From the IMG/VR virus record IMGVR_UViG_3300025030_000041, positions 62,001-126,000 of that record: a stretch of 64,000 nucleotides of DNA; one strand, written 5' to 3'. The translations under genes were made by a program, and so were the position numbers. The stretch's first letter is position 1, and each line of letters opens with the position of its first letter. Positions 27,725-39,096 of the stretch are shown in pieces. The notes below the pieces were generated by a model that saw nothing but the letters and a program-made list of their open reading frames with translations, was not told the DNA's origin and made no database searches.

Positions 27725-28348
27725 TTAAAATAGCATTTTATAAGTTTCTACAAAATTTATAGTAGAGCTAAATGATGGTTTGATTTTTTGAATTATATTA
27801 GAGTCTGGTTCTAAATCTTTGCCATTAATTCTAAAAGAAGTAGTAGTAGGTTTAGCGTTACTGATTATAGTAATATCTTCTTTTAGATCAGCTTCAAATA
27901 TAAAATCGTCATAATTATACTCAGTAACTATTTTAAGACGTAATTCTAAAGTTGGTAATACTCTTAATATATCACCAATTAATTCCATTTTTGAATATTT
28001 TTCCTTTGGTATGCCTAAGTCATCAAAAAATTCAGTTTCTTCAGTTTTTATTATAAAGTCAAGAGGAATTAACATTAAGTCATTATAATTAATAGTAGGT
28101 TCATTAATTGATAATAAACCTATTTTTGCTCCTTTTATTTCTTTATTAACTCCAGATTTTATATCAAATGTAGAATAATAATATTTCTCTTCAATATGAT
28201 TAATTTTACCTCCTAAAACCTTAAGCTTTTTAATACACGCCGTAGTAGTTGAAAAATTTATTTTAATATCTTCTTCAGAATGCTGCTTAATTTCATTAAT
28301 CTTATAATTATTCTTTATTTTATATTCACAGAAATTATCAAATATCAT
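27725..28348 (-). CDS. hypothetical protein
   Basis: ORF. Confidence 0.7.
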   Translation of the reverse strand: MIFDNFCEYKIKNNYKINEIKQHSEEDIKINFSTTTACIKKLKVLGGKINHIEEKYYYSTFDIKSGVNKEIKGAKIGLLSINEPTINYNDLMLIPLDFIIKTEETEFFDDLGIPKEKYSKMELIGDILRVLPTLELRLKIVTEYNYDDFIFEADLKEDITIISNAKPTTTSFRINGKDLEPDSNIIQKIKPSFSSTINFVETYKMLF

Positions 28349-28365
28349 TTTCGTGTATTTTATTT

Positions 28366-29001
28366 TTAAACATAAACTTTTCCCTTTACATCAACTACTT
28401 TTCTTACTTCTTCTTCTATAAATTTTTTAGTATTATTCTCAATATTAAAATATTCTCCTACCGTGGTAGGAGCTCCTTCAAGACTAGTTAAATTATTATT
28501 AGAACAACTAAAATAGCCGTTTACCGTGGTAGGAGCTCCTTCAAGACTAGTTAACTTATTATTATAACAATAAAAATTTCCACTTACTATAGTAGGAGCC
28601 CCTTTAAGACTAGTTAACTTATTATAAGAACAATCAAAAAATCCACTTACTATAGTAGGAGCCCCTTTAAGACTAGTTAACTTATTATAAGAACAATCAA
28701 AATATCCAACTACTTCTTCTATACCTAATACTCTCAAATCATTTATTCCACTTATTCCAACATTACCTATTATTACTTTAATATTCTTAAAATCTTCTAT
28801 ATTATCTATAGTTATAATAATCGTTTTATCAATTGGTTTAGCAATAAATATTTGTTCTTTGGTATAGCCTTTATTTAGGTAAGGAAGTAACAGGTCATCC
28901 CAACGTTCTTTAAGTCTTCTAGGTATAAATATATCTTTAGTGCTAAGCTTAGGAGTTTCTTCTTCAGATATAAATTGTTCAAACAGTTTTATATGTTTCA
29001 T
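28366..29001 (-). CDS. LRR-like paralog with 4 repeats
   Basis: 66-nt near-identical tandem repeats at about 28450-28710. Confidence 0.85.
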   Translation of the reverse strand: MKHIKLFEQFISEEETPKLSTKDIFIPRRLKERWDDLLLPYLNKGYTKEQIFIAKPIDKTIIITIDNIEDFKNIKVIIGNVGISGINDLRVLGIEEVVGYFDCSYNKLTSLKGAPTIVSGFFDCSYNKLTSLKGAPTIVSGNFYCYNNKLTSLEGAPTTVNGYFSCSNNNLTSLEGAPTTVGEYFNIENNTKKFIEEEVRKVVDVKGKVYV

Positions 29002-29363
29002 TATTCTTCAGTTTTAGGTTCAATTTCAGTAGAAGTTTCTTCTGGTTTAATGTCTTCGCTAGGGGTTTCTAATAATTTTTTTTCTAGGTATTCTTTTTGA
29101 GTTTCATAGAATTGTTTAATAGTCGGCCAAGTTAGTGTTACTTCTTTATATAATTCTTCCATTTTTGGTCTAATACTTTTAATATCTGAATTATCATTTA
29201 ATAATACATCTAGTAGAACTGTACGAAATTTAGTTAAACCATTATATGCAGTATCAAAATCTTTTTCATCTAATGTTAGAGATTCTGGATCTTTTTTAAT
29301 ATCAGTAGCCTCATTAAGAATTCCATTTTTAAATTCTTCGTAAAGTTTAAATTTTTTATTCAT
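29001..29363 (-). CDS. hypothetical protein (KLYEEF leader)
   Basis: ORF. Confidence 0.7.
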   Translation of the reverse strand: MNKKFKLYEEFKNGILNEATDIKKDPESLTLDEKDFDTAYNGLTKFRTVLLDVLLNDNSDIKSIRPKMEELYKEVTLTWPTIKQFYETQKEYLEKKLLETPSEDIKPEETSTEIEPKTEE

Positions 29364-29392
29364 GATAAAGTATTTTATTTTTATTTATTTAT

Positions 29393-29944
29393 TTAATCTA
29401 TTGCAACTTTTAAATTAAAATCAAAATAATTAAATGTTGCATCAAATGTATTAAAAGTTGGAGTATTACTGCTATATGATAATTTTAGGCTTGACATTCC
29501 TTTTAATATAACTTTATTATATTCAATTTGGCTAATCGCTTTACCTTCACTATTTAACATTAATACTATAAATGGTGGAAAAACATCAAGCTCAGTATTA
29601 TTAAAATCTAAATAATTTAATGCATTTTCAAGCATAATGAAATAATTTAAAAAAGCGTCCGTTAATTTAAAAGTTAATGTAAATTCTCTAGTAAATAAGT
29701 CTTGAATAGGTTTACTATTTTTCATTTCACGAGTCTTTCCTAATAGTAAAGTTTGAGAAGATGTTGTCATTGACCATCCTGGAAAATCAATTTGTTGTAC
29801 TGTACTTGACATAAAATCAGATATTGTATCATAAGGTAATATTAAACTCTTATAATAATCTTTATATTTATTTTCAATTTCAGAATTAAAAAATTCTTTT
29901 GGAAATTGAAATACAAAACTACTTTGTCTATTATTTAATATCAT
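29393..29944 (-). CDS. putative tail tube-like / virion protein
   Basis: QQIDFPGWS...FTLTFKL...LSYSS...FDATFNY pattern; structural context. Confidence 0.5.
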   Translation of the reverse strand: MILNNRQSSFVFQFPKEFFNSEIENKYKDYYKSLILPYDTISDFMSSTVQQIDFPGWSMTTSSQTLLLGKTREMKNSKPIQDLFTREFTLTFKLTDAFLNYFIMLENALNYLDFNNTELDVFPPFIVLMLNSEGKAISQIEYNKVILKGMSSLKLSYSSNTPTFNTFDATFNYFDFNLKVAID

Positions 29945-29947
29945 TTA

Positions 29948-30484
29948 TTAAAATGTTAAAATTGAAACTATATTATTTTTAATAGTTTGTGTTAAATACG
30001 ATTTATCAATAGACGAAATTGAATCTAATAATGGCTGTTTATATCCGTCTTTATATAATTCAATATACGATTTTACAGTATTTAATAAGTCGAATGCATT
30101 AGATTGTCCAACTGTATTTAATACATATATTTTTGCCTCATCAATAACATTCTCTCTACGAATAATACCTTCATTTATAGATTCTTGAGGAGAATAATAT
30201 TTTATATTAGTTTTAGTATATCCAATATTTCCATTTTCTAAATACCAATCTGAAACTAAAGTTCTATATAAAACTAATCCTAATGAATTTCTAGTATAAA
30301 TTCTAGTTTCTCTAACTATTAAATCTGAATAATCAATCCCATTATAATATTTATAATATTCAATGATAGATAATTCCCCTTTTATAATAGTCCGTTTTTT
30401 ATGAAACCCCATAATATCATAATCGAATAACTCCGGCGAATCATACTTACTATGTATTTTAAATTTAGAACTAATTACAGTCAT
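29948..30484 (-). CDS. hypothetical protein
   Basis: ORF. Confidence 0.7.
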   Translation of the reverse strand: MTVISSKFKIHSKYDSPELFDYDIMGFHKKRTIIKGELSIIEYYKYYNGIDYSDLIVRETRIYTRNSLGLVLYRTLVSDWYLENGNIGYTKTNIKYYSPQESINEGIIRRENVIDEAKIYVLNTVGQSNAFDLLNTVKSYIELYKDGYKQPLLDSISSIDKSYLTQTIKNNIVSILTF

Positions 30485-30500
30485 TTACTTATATATTTTT

Positions 30501-31010
30501 TTAAATAATAACTTCATCTTTTACATCAACTATTTCTCTAACTTCTTCTTCTGTAAATTCTTTGTCATTACCACTAATCCAAAAATCATTTTTAACTATC
30601 ATAGGTGCTCCATTTAAATTAGTTAAATAATTATCAGAACAATCAAAATCACCACCTACTATTTTTGGGCTTCCTTCTAAACTAGTTAGCTTATTTAAAT
30701 AACATTTGAAATTTCCGAATACTTCTTCTATATTTAGCTCTCTTAAATCACTTATTCCTTTTATTCTAACATTACCTATTATAACTTTAATACTTTTAAA
30801 GTCTCCTATATTATCTTTAGTTATAAGCATATCTTTATTAAAAGGTTTAGCAATGAATATTTGTTCTTTAGTATAGCCTTTATTGAGGTAAGGAAGTAAT
30901 AAGTCATCCCACCTTTCTTTTAGTCTTCTAGGTATAAATATATCTTTAGCTCTAATTTTAGGTTTATCTTCCTCAGATATAAACTGTTCAAATAGTTTAA
31001 TAGGTTGCAT
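30501..31010 (-). CDS. LRR-like paralog
   Basis: MQPIKLFEQF...DIFIPRRLKERWDD; LTSLEG repeats. Confidence 0.85.
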   Translation of the reverse strand: MQPIKLFEQFISEEDKPKIRAKDIFIPRRLKERWDDLLLPYLNKGYTKEQIFIAKPFNKDMLITKDNIGDFKSIKVIIGNVRIKGISDLRELNIEEVFGNFKCYLNKLTSLEGSPKIVGGDFDCSDNYLTNLNGAPMIVKNDFWISGNDKEFTEEEVREIVDVKDEVII

Positions 31011-31011
31011 T

Positions 31012-32691
31012 TTATAAGTTTTTAGGTCTTGATATTATTTGTTTTATTTGTATATTTACAGAAGATAGATTATTGTCCGAAATTCCAGTATCAAATTCTA
31101 TATTATTTCTTGTAGAGAATCCTCCTCTAATTAGAGGTAATTCATTTTCTTCTATAATAATATCATTAAATTCGTCTAAACCTATATCAGTTATTGTACT
31201 TAATGTTAGATCTTTATTAATATATTGTAATTCATTCTTTTCACTTATAATATTTATATTAACACTATCTACATCATTAATATTTTCTATTAATTTAATT
31301 AGGTCAGACCGTGGAATCCGGTCTCTTCTCTTGCTATTAATAAAGTATTCTGCAATTTCCTTTAATATTTCATTTTTAATTTGCGGAGGCCCTCCTAATG
31401 CGTCATCATAAATAATAACTGATACATTTATTACATATCTGCTAACTATAGGATCAAGTATTTTAATATCACTTCCAATTAGTTTTGTACCAGATTTTTC
31501 TATATACTCTAATAATTTAGATTTTTGAAATTTGTTTAATGAAAAGCGTTCAACTGGGGTAGAGTAATAATCTTCACTTTTAGAAAATGTTTTTGTAATA
31601 TTGGGTATTACAAAAAGATTAATTAATCTATCATTTTCAGGATCTAAAAATACTCTTATAATAGAAAAGAAATTCATTTTTCTAAGTAATATTTCATAGT
31701 TATCTGCATTTACTAGAGCGAAATTTTTGCTAGCTTTAGGAGCAATTAACCTAGTTAATGCTATAGGTTCAGGGTTAGCCCCAAACGTAGGAGGAGTTTT
31801 AACATTAATTGAAAAAACTTCATTTAAGTCTATTTCATTTCCAAATTGGTCAAATCCAGTATCTATAAATGTAAAAAATAGTCCCTTTGGATTTTGGGTT
31901 ATATCAATATTTCCAGATCCACCCTCATTAACTAAATACTCAACCCTAATATCACTTCCTAGTGTAGGGATAGCCCCAAAATTTCCATTACCAAAAAATA
32001 GGTCTATTCCACTAGTCATACCTGTTTTAATTATATAAGTATTTGCATTTCTAGGCATATCATAAAAACTGTCATACTTATCCCATTTTTCGCCATTTAT
32101 ATAAACGTCTACATTAAATTGATCTACAAAAAAGTTCTTTGAATATTGGACAGCATAACTCTGTAATTGCTGTCCAGTTCCAGTAAATATTTGGGTTTCT
32201 ATAAATCCCTGCTTTATAGTCATACTTTTACCATTATCTAGACCTGTTGTAGATACTTTTATTTCGTCAGTTGGAAATTCAAGTATATATGTTAAATTAT
32301 TGTTTTGGCATTGCAATTTAGTATATTTAGGTATAATAACTATATTATTAGCAACTTGAGTTATAAAATCAGATTTAATATATAATGATATTTCGCCGCT
32401 CGCTGAAATAGACCTAGTAGGTGAATGCCCCGCTAAACTAGCTAATGAATAGATACTAGTTTCTCTAGACGCCTGAAAAATGTTTAATTCAGTAATACTA
32501 TCAGATATATAATATAAAGCCAGCTGCATTAAATTTTCTGATACAAATATAATTTGACCAAATGGAGAAGCCACTGTGAAAATATTGCGTGACTGATTAA
32601 ATTTATCTACTAAATAATCAACTGTGTCACGTAATAATTCAAATGTCTTTAACCGATGTAATCTAAATATCTTAAGTTCTGTAGTAGCCAT
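31012..32691 (-). CDS. baseplate wedge subunit (T4 gp6-like)
   Basis: SIYSLASLAGH, LFFGNGNFGAIP, VEYLVNEG, GANPE, LVNADNYE. Confidence 0.8.
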   Translation of the reverse strand: MATTELKIFRLHRLKTFELLRDTVDYLVDKFNQSRNIFTVASPFGQIIFVSENLMQLALYYISDSITELNIFQASRETSIYSLASLAGHSPTRSISASGEISLYIKSDFITQVANNIVIIPKYTKLQCQNNNLTYILEFPTDEIKVSTTGLDNGKSMTIKQGFIETQIFTGTGQQLQSYAVQYSKNFFVDQFNVDVYINGEKWDKYDSFYDMPRNANTYIIKTGMTSGIDLFFGNGNFGAIPTLGSDIRVEYLVNEGGSGNIDITQNPKGLFFTFIDTGFDQFGNEIDLNEVFSINVKTPPTFGANPEPIALTRLIAPKASKNFALVNADNYEILLRKMNFFSIIRVFLDPENDRLINLFVIPNITKTFSKSEDYYSTPVERFSLNKFQKSKLLEYIEKSGTKLIGSDIKILDPIVSRYVINVSVIIYDDALGGPPQIKNEILKEIAEYFINSKRRDRIPRSDLIKLIENINDVDSVNINIISEKNELQYINKDLTLSTITDIGLDEFNDIIIEENELPLIRGGFSTRNNIEFDTGISDNNLSSVNIQIKQIISRPKNL

Positions 32692-32706
32692 TAATATTAT
32701 TTATTT

Positions 32707-33285
32707 TCAAACTGTAACTTCACCTTTTACATCAATCACTTCTCTTACTTTTTCTGTAAATTTCCTTGTATTATTATTAATATAAAAATTTCCATTAACT
32801 ATTTTAGGAGCTCCTTTAAGATTAGTTAGTTTATTATTATAACAATGAAAACTACCATTCACTATAGTAGGGCCTTCTTCTAGACTAGTTAGTTCATTAT
32901 TAGAACAAAAGAAATTACCATTCACTATAGCAGGACCTCCTTTAAGACTAGTTAGTCTATTATAAGAACACTTAAAATATCCATTTACTTCTTCTATACC
33001 TAACTCCCTCAAATCAGTTATTCCAATTATTCTAATTATTCTAACATTACCAATTATAACTTTAATATTCTTAAAATCTTCCATATTATCTTTAGTTATA
33101 AGTAGCTCACTATCAATTGGTTTAACTATAAATATTTGGTCTTTGGTATACCCTTTATTAAGGTAATGGATAAGTAAGTCATCCCATCTTTCTTTAAGCC
33201 TCCTAGGTATAAATATATCTTTAGCACTAAGTTTAGGAGTTTCTTCCTCAAATATAAATTCTTCAAATAATTTAATATGCTTCAT
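32707..33285 (-). CDS. LRR-like paralog
   Basis: MKHIKLFEEF; 3 repeats. Confidence 0.85.
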   Translation of the reverse strand: MKHIKLFEEFIFEEETPKLSAKDIFIPRRLKERWDDLLIHYLNKGYTKDQIFIVKPIDSELLITKDNMEDFKNIKVIIGNVRIIRIIGITDLRELGIEEVNGYFKCSYNRLTSLKGGPAIVNGNFFCSNNELTSLEEGPTIVNGSFHCYNNKLTNLKGAPKIVNGNFYINNNTRKFTEKVREVIDVKGEVTV

Positions 33286-33311
33286 TATTTTTATTTATTT
33301 TTATTTAAAAT

Positions 33312-33338
33312 AAAAAAGGCTGATGTAAATCAGCCTTT
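33312..33338 (-). terminator. intrinsic terminator
   Basis: aaaggctgat/atcagccttt hairpin with A run on + strand. Confidence 0.7.
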
Positions 33339-33361
33339 ATATAAACAAAAATAGTTTTTTG

Positions 33362-33961
33362 TTAAACGTAAACTTCTCCTTTTACATCAATCACTTCTCT
33401 TACTTCTTCTTCTGTAAATTGCTTTGCATTATTATCAATATAAAAGTTTCCTTTAACTATTTTAGGAGCTCCTTCGAGGCTAGTTAATTCATTATAAGAA
33501 CAATTAAAATATCCATTTATTTTAGTAGGACACCCCTTTAGACTAGTTAAATTATTTGAAAAACAATAGTAACCTCCAGTAACAACTGGACCATTTTCTA
33601 AACTAGTTAATCTATTATTAGAACAATCAAACTCTCCATTAACACGTTTTATATGACCATCAAAACTACTTATATTATTAGTATTACAAGAATAACCTCC
33701 TGTTATTTTTGGACTACCCTTTAAACTTGTTAAGTTATTATCAAAACAACTAAAAGTACCAATTATGCGTTCAATACCTAATTCTTCTAAATTAGATATA
33801 CCCTGTACTGCAACATGGGCAGTTATAACATCTGTATTTTTATACTTATTAATATTTTTTTTAGTAATAACGATATGTTCTTTTGTATCTGGTCTATACG
33901 AACTTGGATAACTTATAGAGTCATTAACAAAGTCTTCAAATAATTTTACATATTTTTCCAT
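33362..33961 (-). CDS. divergent LRR-like paralog
   Basis: MEKYVKLFEDF; about 5 repeats; same C-cap. Confidence 0.85.
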   Translation of the reverse strand: MEKYVKLFEDFVNDSISYPSSYRPDTKEHIVITKKNINKYKNTDVITAHVAVQGISNLEELGIERIIGTFSCFDNNLTSLKGSPKITGGYSCNTNNISSFDGHIKRVNGEFDCSNNRLTSLENGPVVTGGYYCFSNNLTSLKGCPTKINGYFNCSYNELTSLEGAPKIVKGNFYIDNNAKQFTEEEVREVIDVKGEVYV

Positions 33962-34016
33962 TTTCTTATTATATTTTTTAATTATTTATATTGAAAAATT
34001 TCTAAAAATTTATAAA

Positions 34017-34060
<44 letters not shown>

Positions 34061-34095
34061 GATACTCAATTAAATAAAATTTAAAAATAATTTAA

Positions 34096-37000
34096 TTAAA
34101 TGAGTTTAATTTTAATAGATGGAGATATTTTAAATCCGTTATTAGATTCTTTTCTTAAAGTAAATTGAATAACTAAATTATCTAATTTTTGTATAGATAT
34201 GTCTTTTAATAATGAATATCCTTCACTATTTCTAGTCTCGTCATCTATGAAATTAAAGGTAATTTCGTTTGATTCTTTTGTTCTTTGAATATAGAATTCA
34301 GTTTTATCAATTGTATATAGCCTAAGTATATTAGTTTCTAAATATGATTGTATATATTGGTCTAAATTTAATTTATTTAAATATTGAGAGTCGTCTATTA
34401 AAAATTCTTTAAATTTAGTATCTGCTCCATCATCAATTAAATATTTAAGTAATACATTTTTAATATTTATTAAACCGCTTATATTATCGGCGGTTTCTTT
34501 TATAACTATTTGATAGTTGTCTATATTTATATCTTTTAATTCAGAATTTCCAATATTAAATAATTCATAGTTATTAAGTTCTATAGCAAATGGTACATTT
34601 AATACTTTATTCATAAATGAATTATCTTCAGATACTCTAAAACTTCCCGCAACTGGAGTAGATTCAATTTTAGATATATTTTTTTGATGAAATCCCCAGT
34701 CCCAGTTAGATGAAAATATTTGTAAATCTTTTTGAGATATAGATACTTCATCTATTAATGGATAAACCAAATTTCCTTGGTCTAATAGCATTATATTATT
34801 TTCAATAACTTTTAAATAATTAAAATTCTTTATTATTCCAAAATCAGAATGACTATTATTTAAAACCAAATTTGCAAAATTAATTTTAATATTAGGGTCA
34901 TCTTGCCATTTGAAGTCTAAATTATCTTTAAATTTCAAAATATCATTAAAAATAGGTTCATACCCACCATTATATCTAAATACTTCAACATTATTTTTAA
35001 TTGGAAATTGATGATACTCGAATCCAATTAAATCACTAGTTTTTACAGCATCAGGCTTATTATCATCAGCTGAATATCCTAATAAAGTTTCTTTTTTAAT
35101 TATACTTGAATTTAAAATTTCAATATAAAAATTATTTTTAGAACTATTTTTAGTAGGGTTACTCTCATCTATATTACTAGTGGAATTTACAGTATGATAT
35201 TCGATAATTGGTTGATACCTATTAATATAGTCTTTTATTTTTGCAAATGATAATTTTTTAAATAATGACTCATAATATTGTAATCCTCCATTTTTTTGTT
35301 TAAATATTACATTATCTTGAACATAATATAGTGGTAATAGTGACGGTAATATATGACTAATTTGTTCTAGTATTAATCGCTCATTACGACCTGATTCAAT
35401 GATAGTTTGCATTATAATTCCACTTGGAGAAACTCCAGATATTGGACTTATACTATATGTAGTTCCAGCCGGAAATCCTGTAGGGTTAGGATAAGAACTA
35501 GGAGCCCCCTCTATTGAATTAAATCTAATAATATCAAACTCAGTTGATGTAGTATTATTTCTAAATATTAAAGTACCATATGGCTCATACACGCTTGGGT
35601 ATGGACTACCATCATAGTTATCAGAATCAACTTGAAAAGTTTTTAAAAATGAATGTATTTCATCAACTGGATTAGAGTCGTATGTACTAATATTAGGATT
35701 AGCTATTTTAGTGTATTGTCTTAATGTTGTATTATTAATGGCACTTATATCAATAGTATTATTACTATCTAGCCCTACATAAAAAGATAATTTAATATTA
35801 GAATATCTATGATTAGAAACAGGAGAAGATATAGACGGGTATATACCATATCCATTAGATAAATCAGGCAAAATACTTTTCTTATGTTTTAAACTATATA
35901 ATAAGTTATATGAAAAATCACTTATATTATTAGTAAAATTAATTCTATAGTCACCGTCCGTATTATTATCGAAATACCCTACACTAACTTCAATTAAGAA
36001 TAGAATAAATTTATAGTCTTCGTGTTCAATAAATCTAAATCGTATAGGAGGTTGTTTGTTATCATTAATATCTTCTTTTATAGGTTTTAATAAAACTGAA
36101 AACTTATATCCATCATACTTTTTAGAACCAGTTTTATATATAGGTTTTTTATCTTCACCTACTATATCTTTATTTAAAACTTCTTTAAATATAAGTTTAG
36201 TTCCTTTGAAAAATGTTTCACATAGATTTTTATCGTTATTGTATTTTATAAATGAGTATCTAGATTGCAGATTATCTAATTCTTCCCCATCTAATTCATT
36301 TTTAAAATTAAAATAGTCAATGAAATAATCTGAATTAGTAAGGCATTCGTTTAAATCAAATTCAGTATTAAAATATGAATAATTCTTTTTTAGAATATCT
36401 TTGTCTTTTATAAAATCATAAGACGCTTCTAGATATGGCCATTCGTGTGTAAAATTTTCAGGATTTTGTGTAGTGTCATTATGATTTGAGCTAAAATTAT
36501 TAATACCAAATTGAACATTGGTGTTTAATCTATACTCATTATCTCTAATATCTTTGCCACCCTTATATCCCCATTTAGCTATATATGGTAATAATTTGCT
36601 AGTTAACGCAAAATCCTTTACGTAATTCTCTTTATAATAATCGTATTCAGTATTTATTGCTCCATTAATAAATCGATCACGCCTTTCCCATAACTCAGTT
36701 TCCTCACTAGGCTTAGCTAAAACTGGATCTTTTAATATAGAAAATCCAATGAATGCTTTTAATTCGTTATCCTCATCATCTGTCAAATCATCGTTATATA
36801 TGACAATAGGACTTCCAGTATTAATAGTATAACTATTAATACTAGATATTCCAGTAAATATATCATCTATTGCATAAATAACGCTATTATACGAGATTGT
36901 TCCAGTTCCTTTAACTTTATAAACTATTCCAGCTTCAATTAAATCTTTTTTCTCAGGAATAAAATAATATTTGTAATACTCCCATAAAGGCGACTTATTA

Positions 37001-39096
37001 TAATTGCTTGAATAAAAATCATAATTAAAATCCTTTATTGGAAATATTGATAATAATCCAAATTTTGAATTAAACCTATTTTTTATGATAAATTGATTTG
37101 TTTTAACACTTGGTTTTTCTTTATCTTTTAATGTTAAAACTATATTACTAAAATATTTAGAAAAATTTTCTACTCTTAATTCTTCAGTATCAGTATTAAC
37201 CTCATTTATTGTATCAATATAATATGATACCCCTTCAATATATGAATAACCATTCTGGGTTCTTACACAAATATCATTTATATTTTGTAATATTTTATCT
37301 TTATATTTAGAATCTAGTACTAATCTATTTTCGCTAAGTGTATTTCCGCCTTGTAATAAAATATCAGTATTTTGCAATTGCGTTCCAGAATATCCATTAA
37401 TTTCTATAGATGAATAATTAGTATTATAAGGAACATATTTAAATTGTATAGTATCATTAAAATTTCCTGCAGTTCTTAACTTTAAAATAATAGTATCGTT
37501 TTGAGAAAATACTTCAAAATTTCTATGGTTAACCCCTTTAAATAATTCATATATCGCTGCTGTAATAACAGAGAAATTATTTTGTGTAGTTTTAGCACTG
37601 AAATAATACACATCTTCTGTATCAGAATAATTAATATAGAAATCACCTGGTGAATTTATTGGAATAAAATTAGGAACAACTTCATTATTAATCGTATGGT
37701 CTAATGCAACAAACTCATCATATTTATTACCATCAATATCTAGTTTAGAACCAAATGCAGAGTATATAATTATTTTGTCTAAATGTTCAAATTCTCCTTT
37801 AATTTTAATATATGCATTAGAATATCCCTTTTCAGTTGGAACAGAACCAGAGTCTTTAATAAAATCATCCTTAGTACCAAAAAGATTTCCAAGATTAATT
37901 TTAGTATTGCTTAATGTAATTCTATTTTTAGTTTCATCAATCGCGTCAGTCGTATGAGGTAAATATAAATTTCCAAGTTTATCTTCTATATAATTAAAAT
38001 ATAATTTGTCTTTATCAAGTTCTTTATTAAAAAGTAAATTAGATTCGTTTTTATAAAAAATATTAACACCATTAGTGTTTCCTATATTTTCAACAACATC
38101 ATCTATTTCAGTCCATTTCTTTTTTAAATAAAAAGGAGTATTATTATACTCTCCATTTAATCTATATTGTGAGTCTATATCTAATGTAAATTTACCTAAA
38201 TCTATTTTATTAATATATAAACCAATATACCTATTCATATCGTATTTTTCAACTTCATCAGTTTCATCAAATAAAAATTCAAGGTTTAATATATTTGGAA
38301 ATATAATATTATTACGATGATACCCTGTTGTAATATAGTCTTCAACTTTTTTTAGGGGGTATTCTGTCTTGAAAAAGCTATTTAAAAATTCTCCTTTACT
38401 TGTAAACATGCCAGACTGAACGGATATACCATTCCATGTGGATAATAAATCTTCTTCGAAATTAATTGTTAATGGGCTAGACGGAAATAATGGGTCTGAT
38501 ATGTATTTTTTTATATATTTCCCAATTTTTGTATTTTCAGTTAAATCAAACGTTTTTATAATTGACGCATTTTTAAATAAGTCATAAATATAATCTTTTT
38601 GAATAAATGGAAATTTTTGTTTTGATTCATCTATTTTATAATTCATAGGGTCTTTAATCCTAAAAATAACAAAATATTCAGGTAATATATCTTTTAAATA
38701 TAATGGCGCGAAATATGAAAGTTTTTCGTCTCTAGTTTTAGAAGTTAAATAGTTAACTCCAGCATAATATAAAGAAAAATCATATTGGTCTTCATATTTT
38801 AAAGAAGGTTTTGTTGGATCGACTTCAGTTTTTAAATCAAAAACTATATTAGATGGAGTTTTTCCATTCTTAAAAAATTTTTTAATATTTATAGTATGCG
38901 CATAATTTATATCAATAGGAATACTTTTATATTCTTCCTTTGATAGTTCTTCGTTTGCATCAATAGAATTTAAAAATAAATTATTATCAGATGAGACTGT
39001 TAGCTTAACATTTCCGGTTAATAGAGGAGAGGTTCTTACAAGACTAAAACTAGTGTGCTCATCTAATAATTTTTTATAAGTTGGGTTAGATGCCAC
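34096..39096 (-). CDS. large putative virion structural protein (1666 aa)
   Basis: Long ORF in the structural module. Confidence 0.7.
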   Translation of the reverse strand: MASNPTYKKLLDEHTSFSLVRTSPLLTGNVKLTVSSDNNLFLNSIDANEELSKEEYKSIPIDINYAHTINIKKFFKNGKTPSNIVFDLKTEVDPTKPSLKYEDQYDFSLYYAGVNYLTSKTRDEKLSYFAPLYLKDILPEYFVIFRIKDPMNYKIDESKQKFPFIQKDYIYDLFKNASIIKTFDLTENTKIGKYIKKYISDPLFPSSPLTINFEEDLLSTWNGISVQSGMFTSKGEFLNSFFKTEYPLKKVEDYITTGYHRNNIIFPNILNLEFLFDETDEVEKYDMNRYIGLYINKIDLGKFTLDIDSQYRLNGEYNNTPFYLKKKWTEIDDVVENIGNTNGVNIFYKNESNLLFNKELDKDKLYFNYIEDKLGNLYLPHTTDAIDETKNRITLSNTKINLGNLFGTKDDFIKDSGSVPTEKGYSNAYIKIKGEFEHLDKIIIYSAFGSKLDIDGNKYDEFVALDHTINNEVVPNFIPINSPGDFYINYSDTEDVYYFSAKTTQNNFSVITAAIYELFKGVNHRNFEVFSQNDTIILKLRTAGNFNDTIQFKYVPYNTNYSSIEINGYSGTQLQNTDILLQGGNTLSENRLVLDSKYKDKILQNINDICVRTQNGYSYIEGVSYYIDTINEVNTDTEELRVENFSKYFSNIVLTLKDKEKPSVKTNQFIIKNRFNSKFGLLSIFPIKDFNYDFYSSNYNKSPLWEYYKYYFIPEKKDLIEAGIVYKVKGTGTISYNSVIYAIDDIFTGISSINSYTINTGSPIVIYNDDLTDDEDNELKAFIGFSILKDPVLAKPSEETELWERRDRFINGAINTEYDYYKENYVKDFALTSKLLPYIAKWGYKGGKDIRDNEYRLNTNVQFGINNFSSNHNDTTQNPENFTHEWPYLEASYDFIKDKDILKKNYSYFNTEFDLNECLTNSDYFIDYFNFKNELDGEELDNLQSRYSFIKYNNDKNLCETFFKGTKLIFKEVLNKDIVGEDKKPIYKTGSKKYDGYKFSVLLKPIKEDINDNKQPPIRFRFIEHEDYKFILFLIEVSVGYFDNNTDGDYRINFTNNISDFSYNLLYSLKHKKSILPDLSNGYGIYPSISSPVSNHRYSNIKLSFYVGLDSNNTIDISAINNTTLRQYTKIANPNISTYDSNPVDEIHSFLKTFQVDSDNYDGSPYPSVYEPYGTLIFRNNTTSTEFDIIRFNSIEGAPSSYPNPTGFPAGTTYSISPISGVSPSGIIMQTIIESGRNERLILEQISHILPSLLPLYYVQDNVIFKQKNGGLQYYESLFKKLSFAKIKDYINRYQPIIEYHTVNSTSNIDESNPTKNSSKNNFYIEILNSSIIKKETLLGYSADDNKPDAVKTSDLIGFEYHQFPIKNNVEVFRYNGGYEPIFNDILKFKDNLDFKWQDDPNIKINFANLVLNNSHSDFGIIKNFNYLKVIENNIMLLDQGNLVYPLIDEVSISQKDLQIFSSNWDWGFHQKNISKIESTPVAGSFRVSEDNSFMNKVLNVPFAIELNNYELFNIGNSELKDINIDNYQIVIKETADNISGLINIKNVLLKYLIDDGADTKFKEFLIDDSQYLNKLNLDQYIQSYLETNILRLYTIDKTEFYIQRTKESNEITFNFIDDETRNSEGYSLLKDISIQKLDNLVIQFTLRKESNNGFKISPSIKIKLI

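Noticed and set aside
27200-33961. Diversity-generating retroelement acting on the LRR paralogs
   Set aside because: No reverse transcriptase or non-coding template repeat in the window, and differences do not look adenine-specific.
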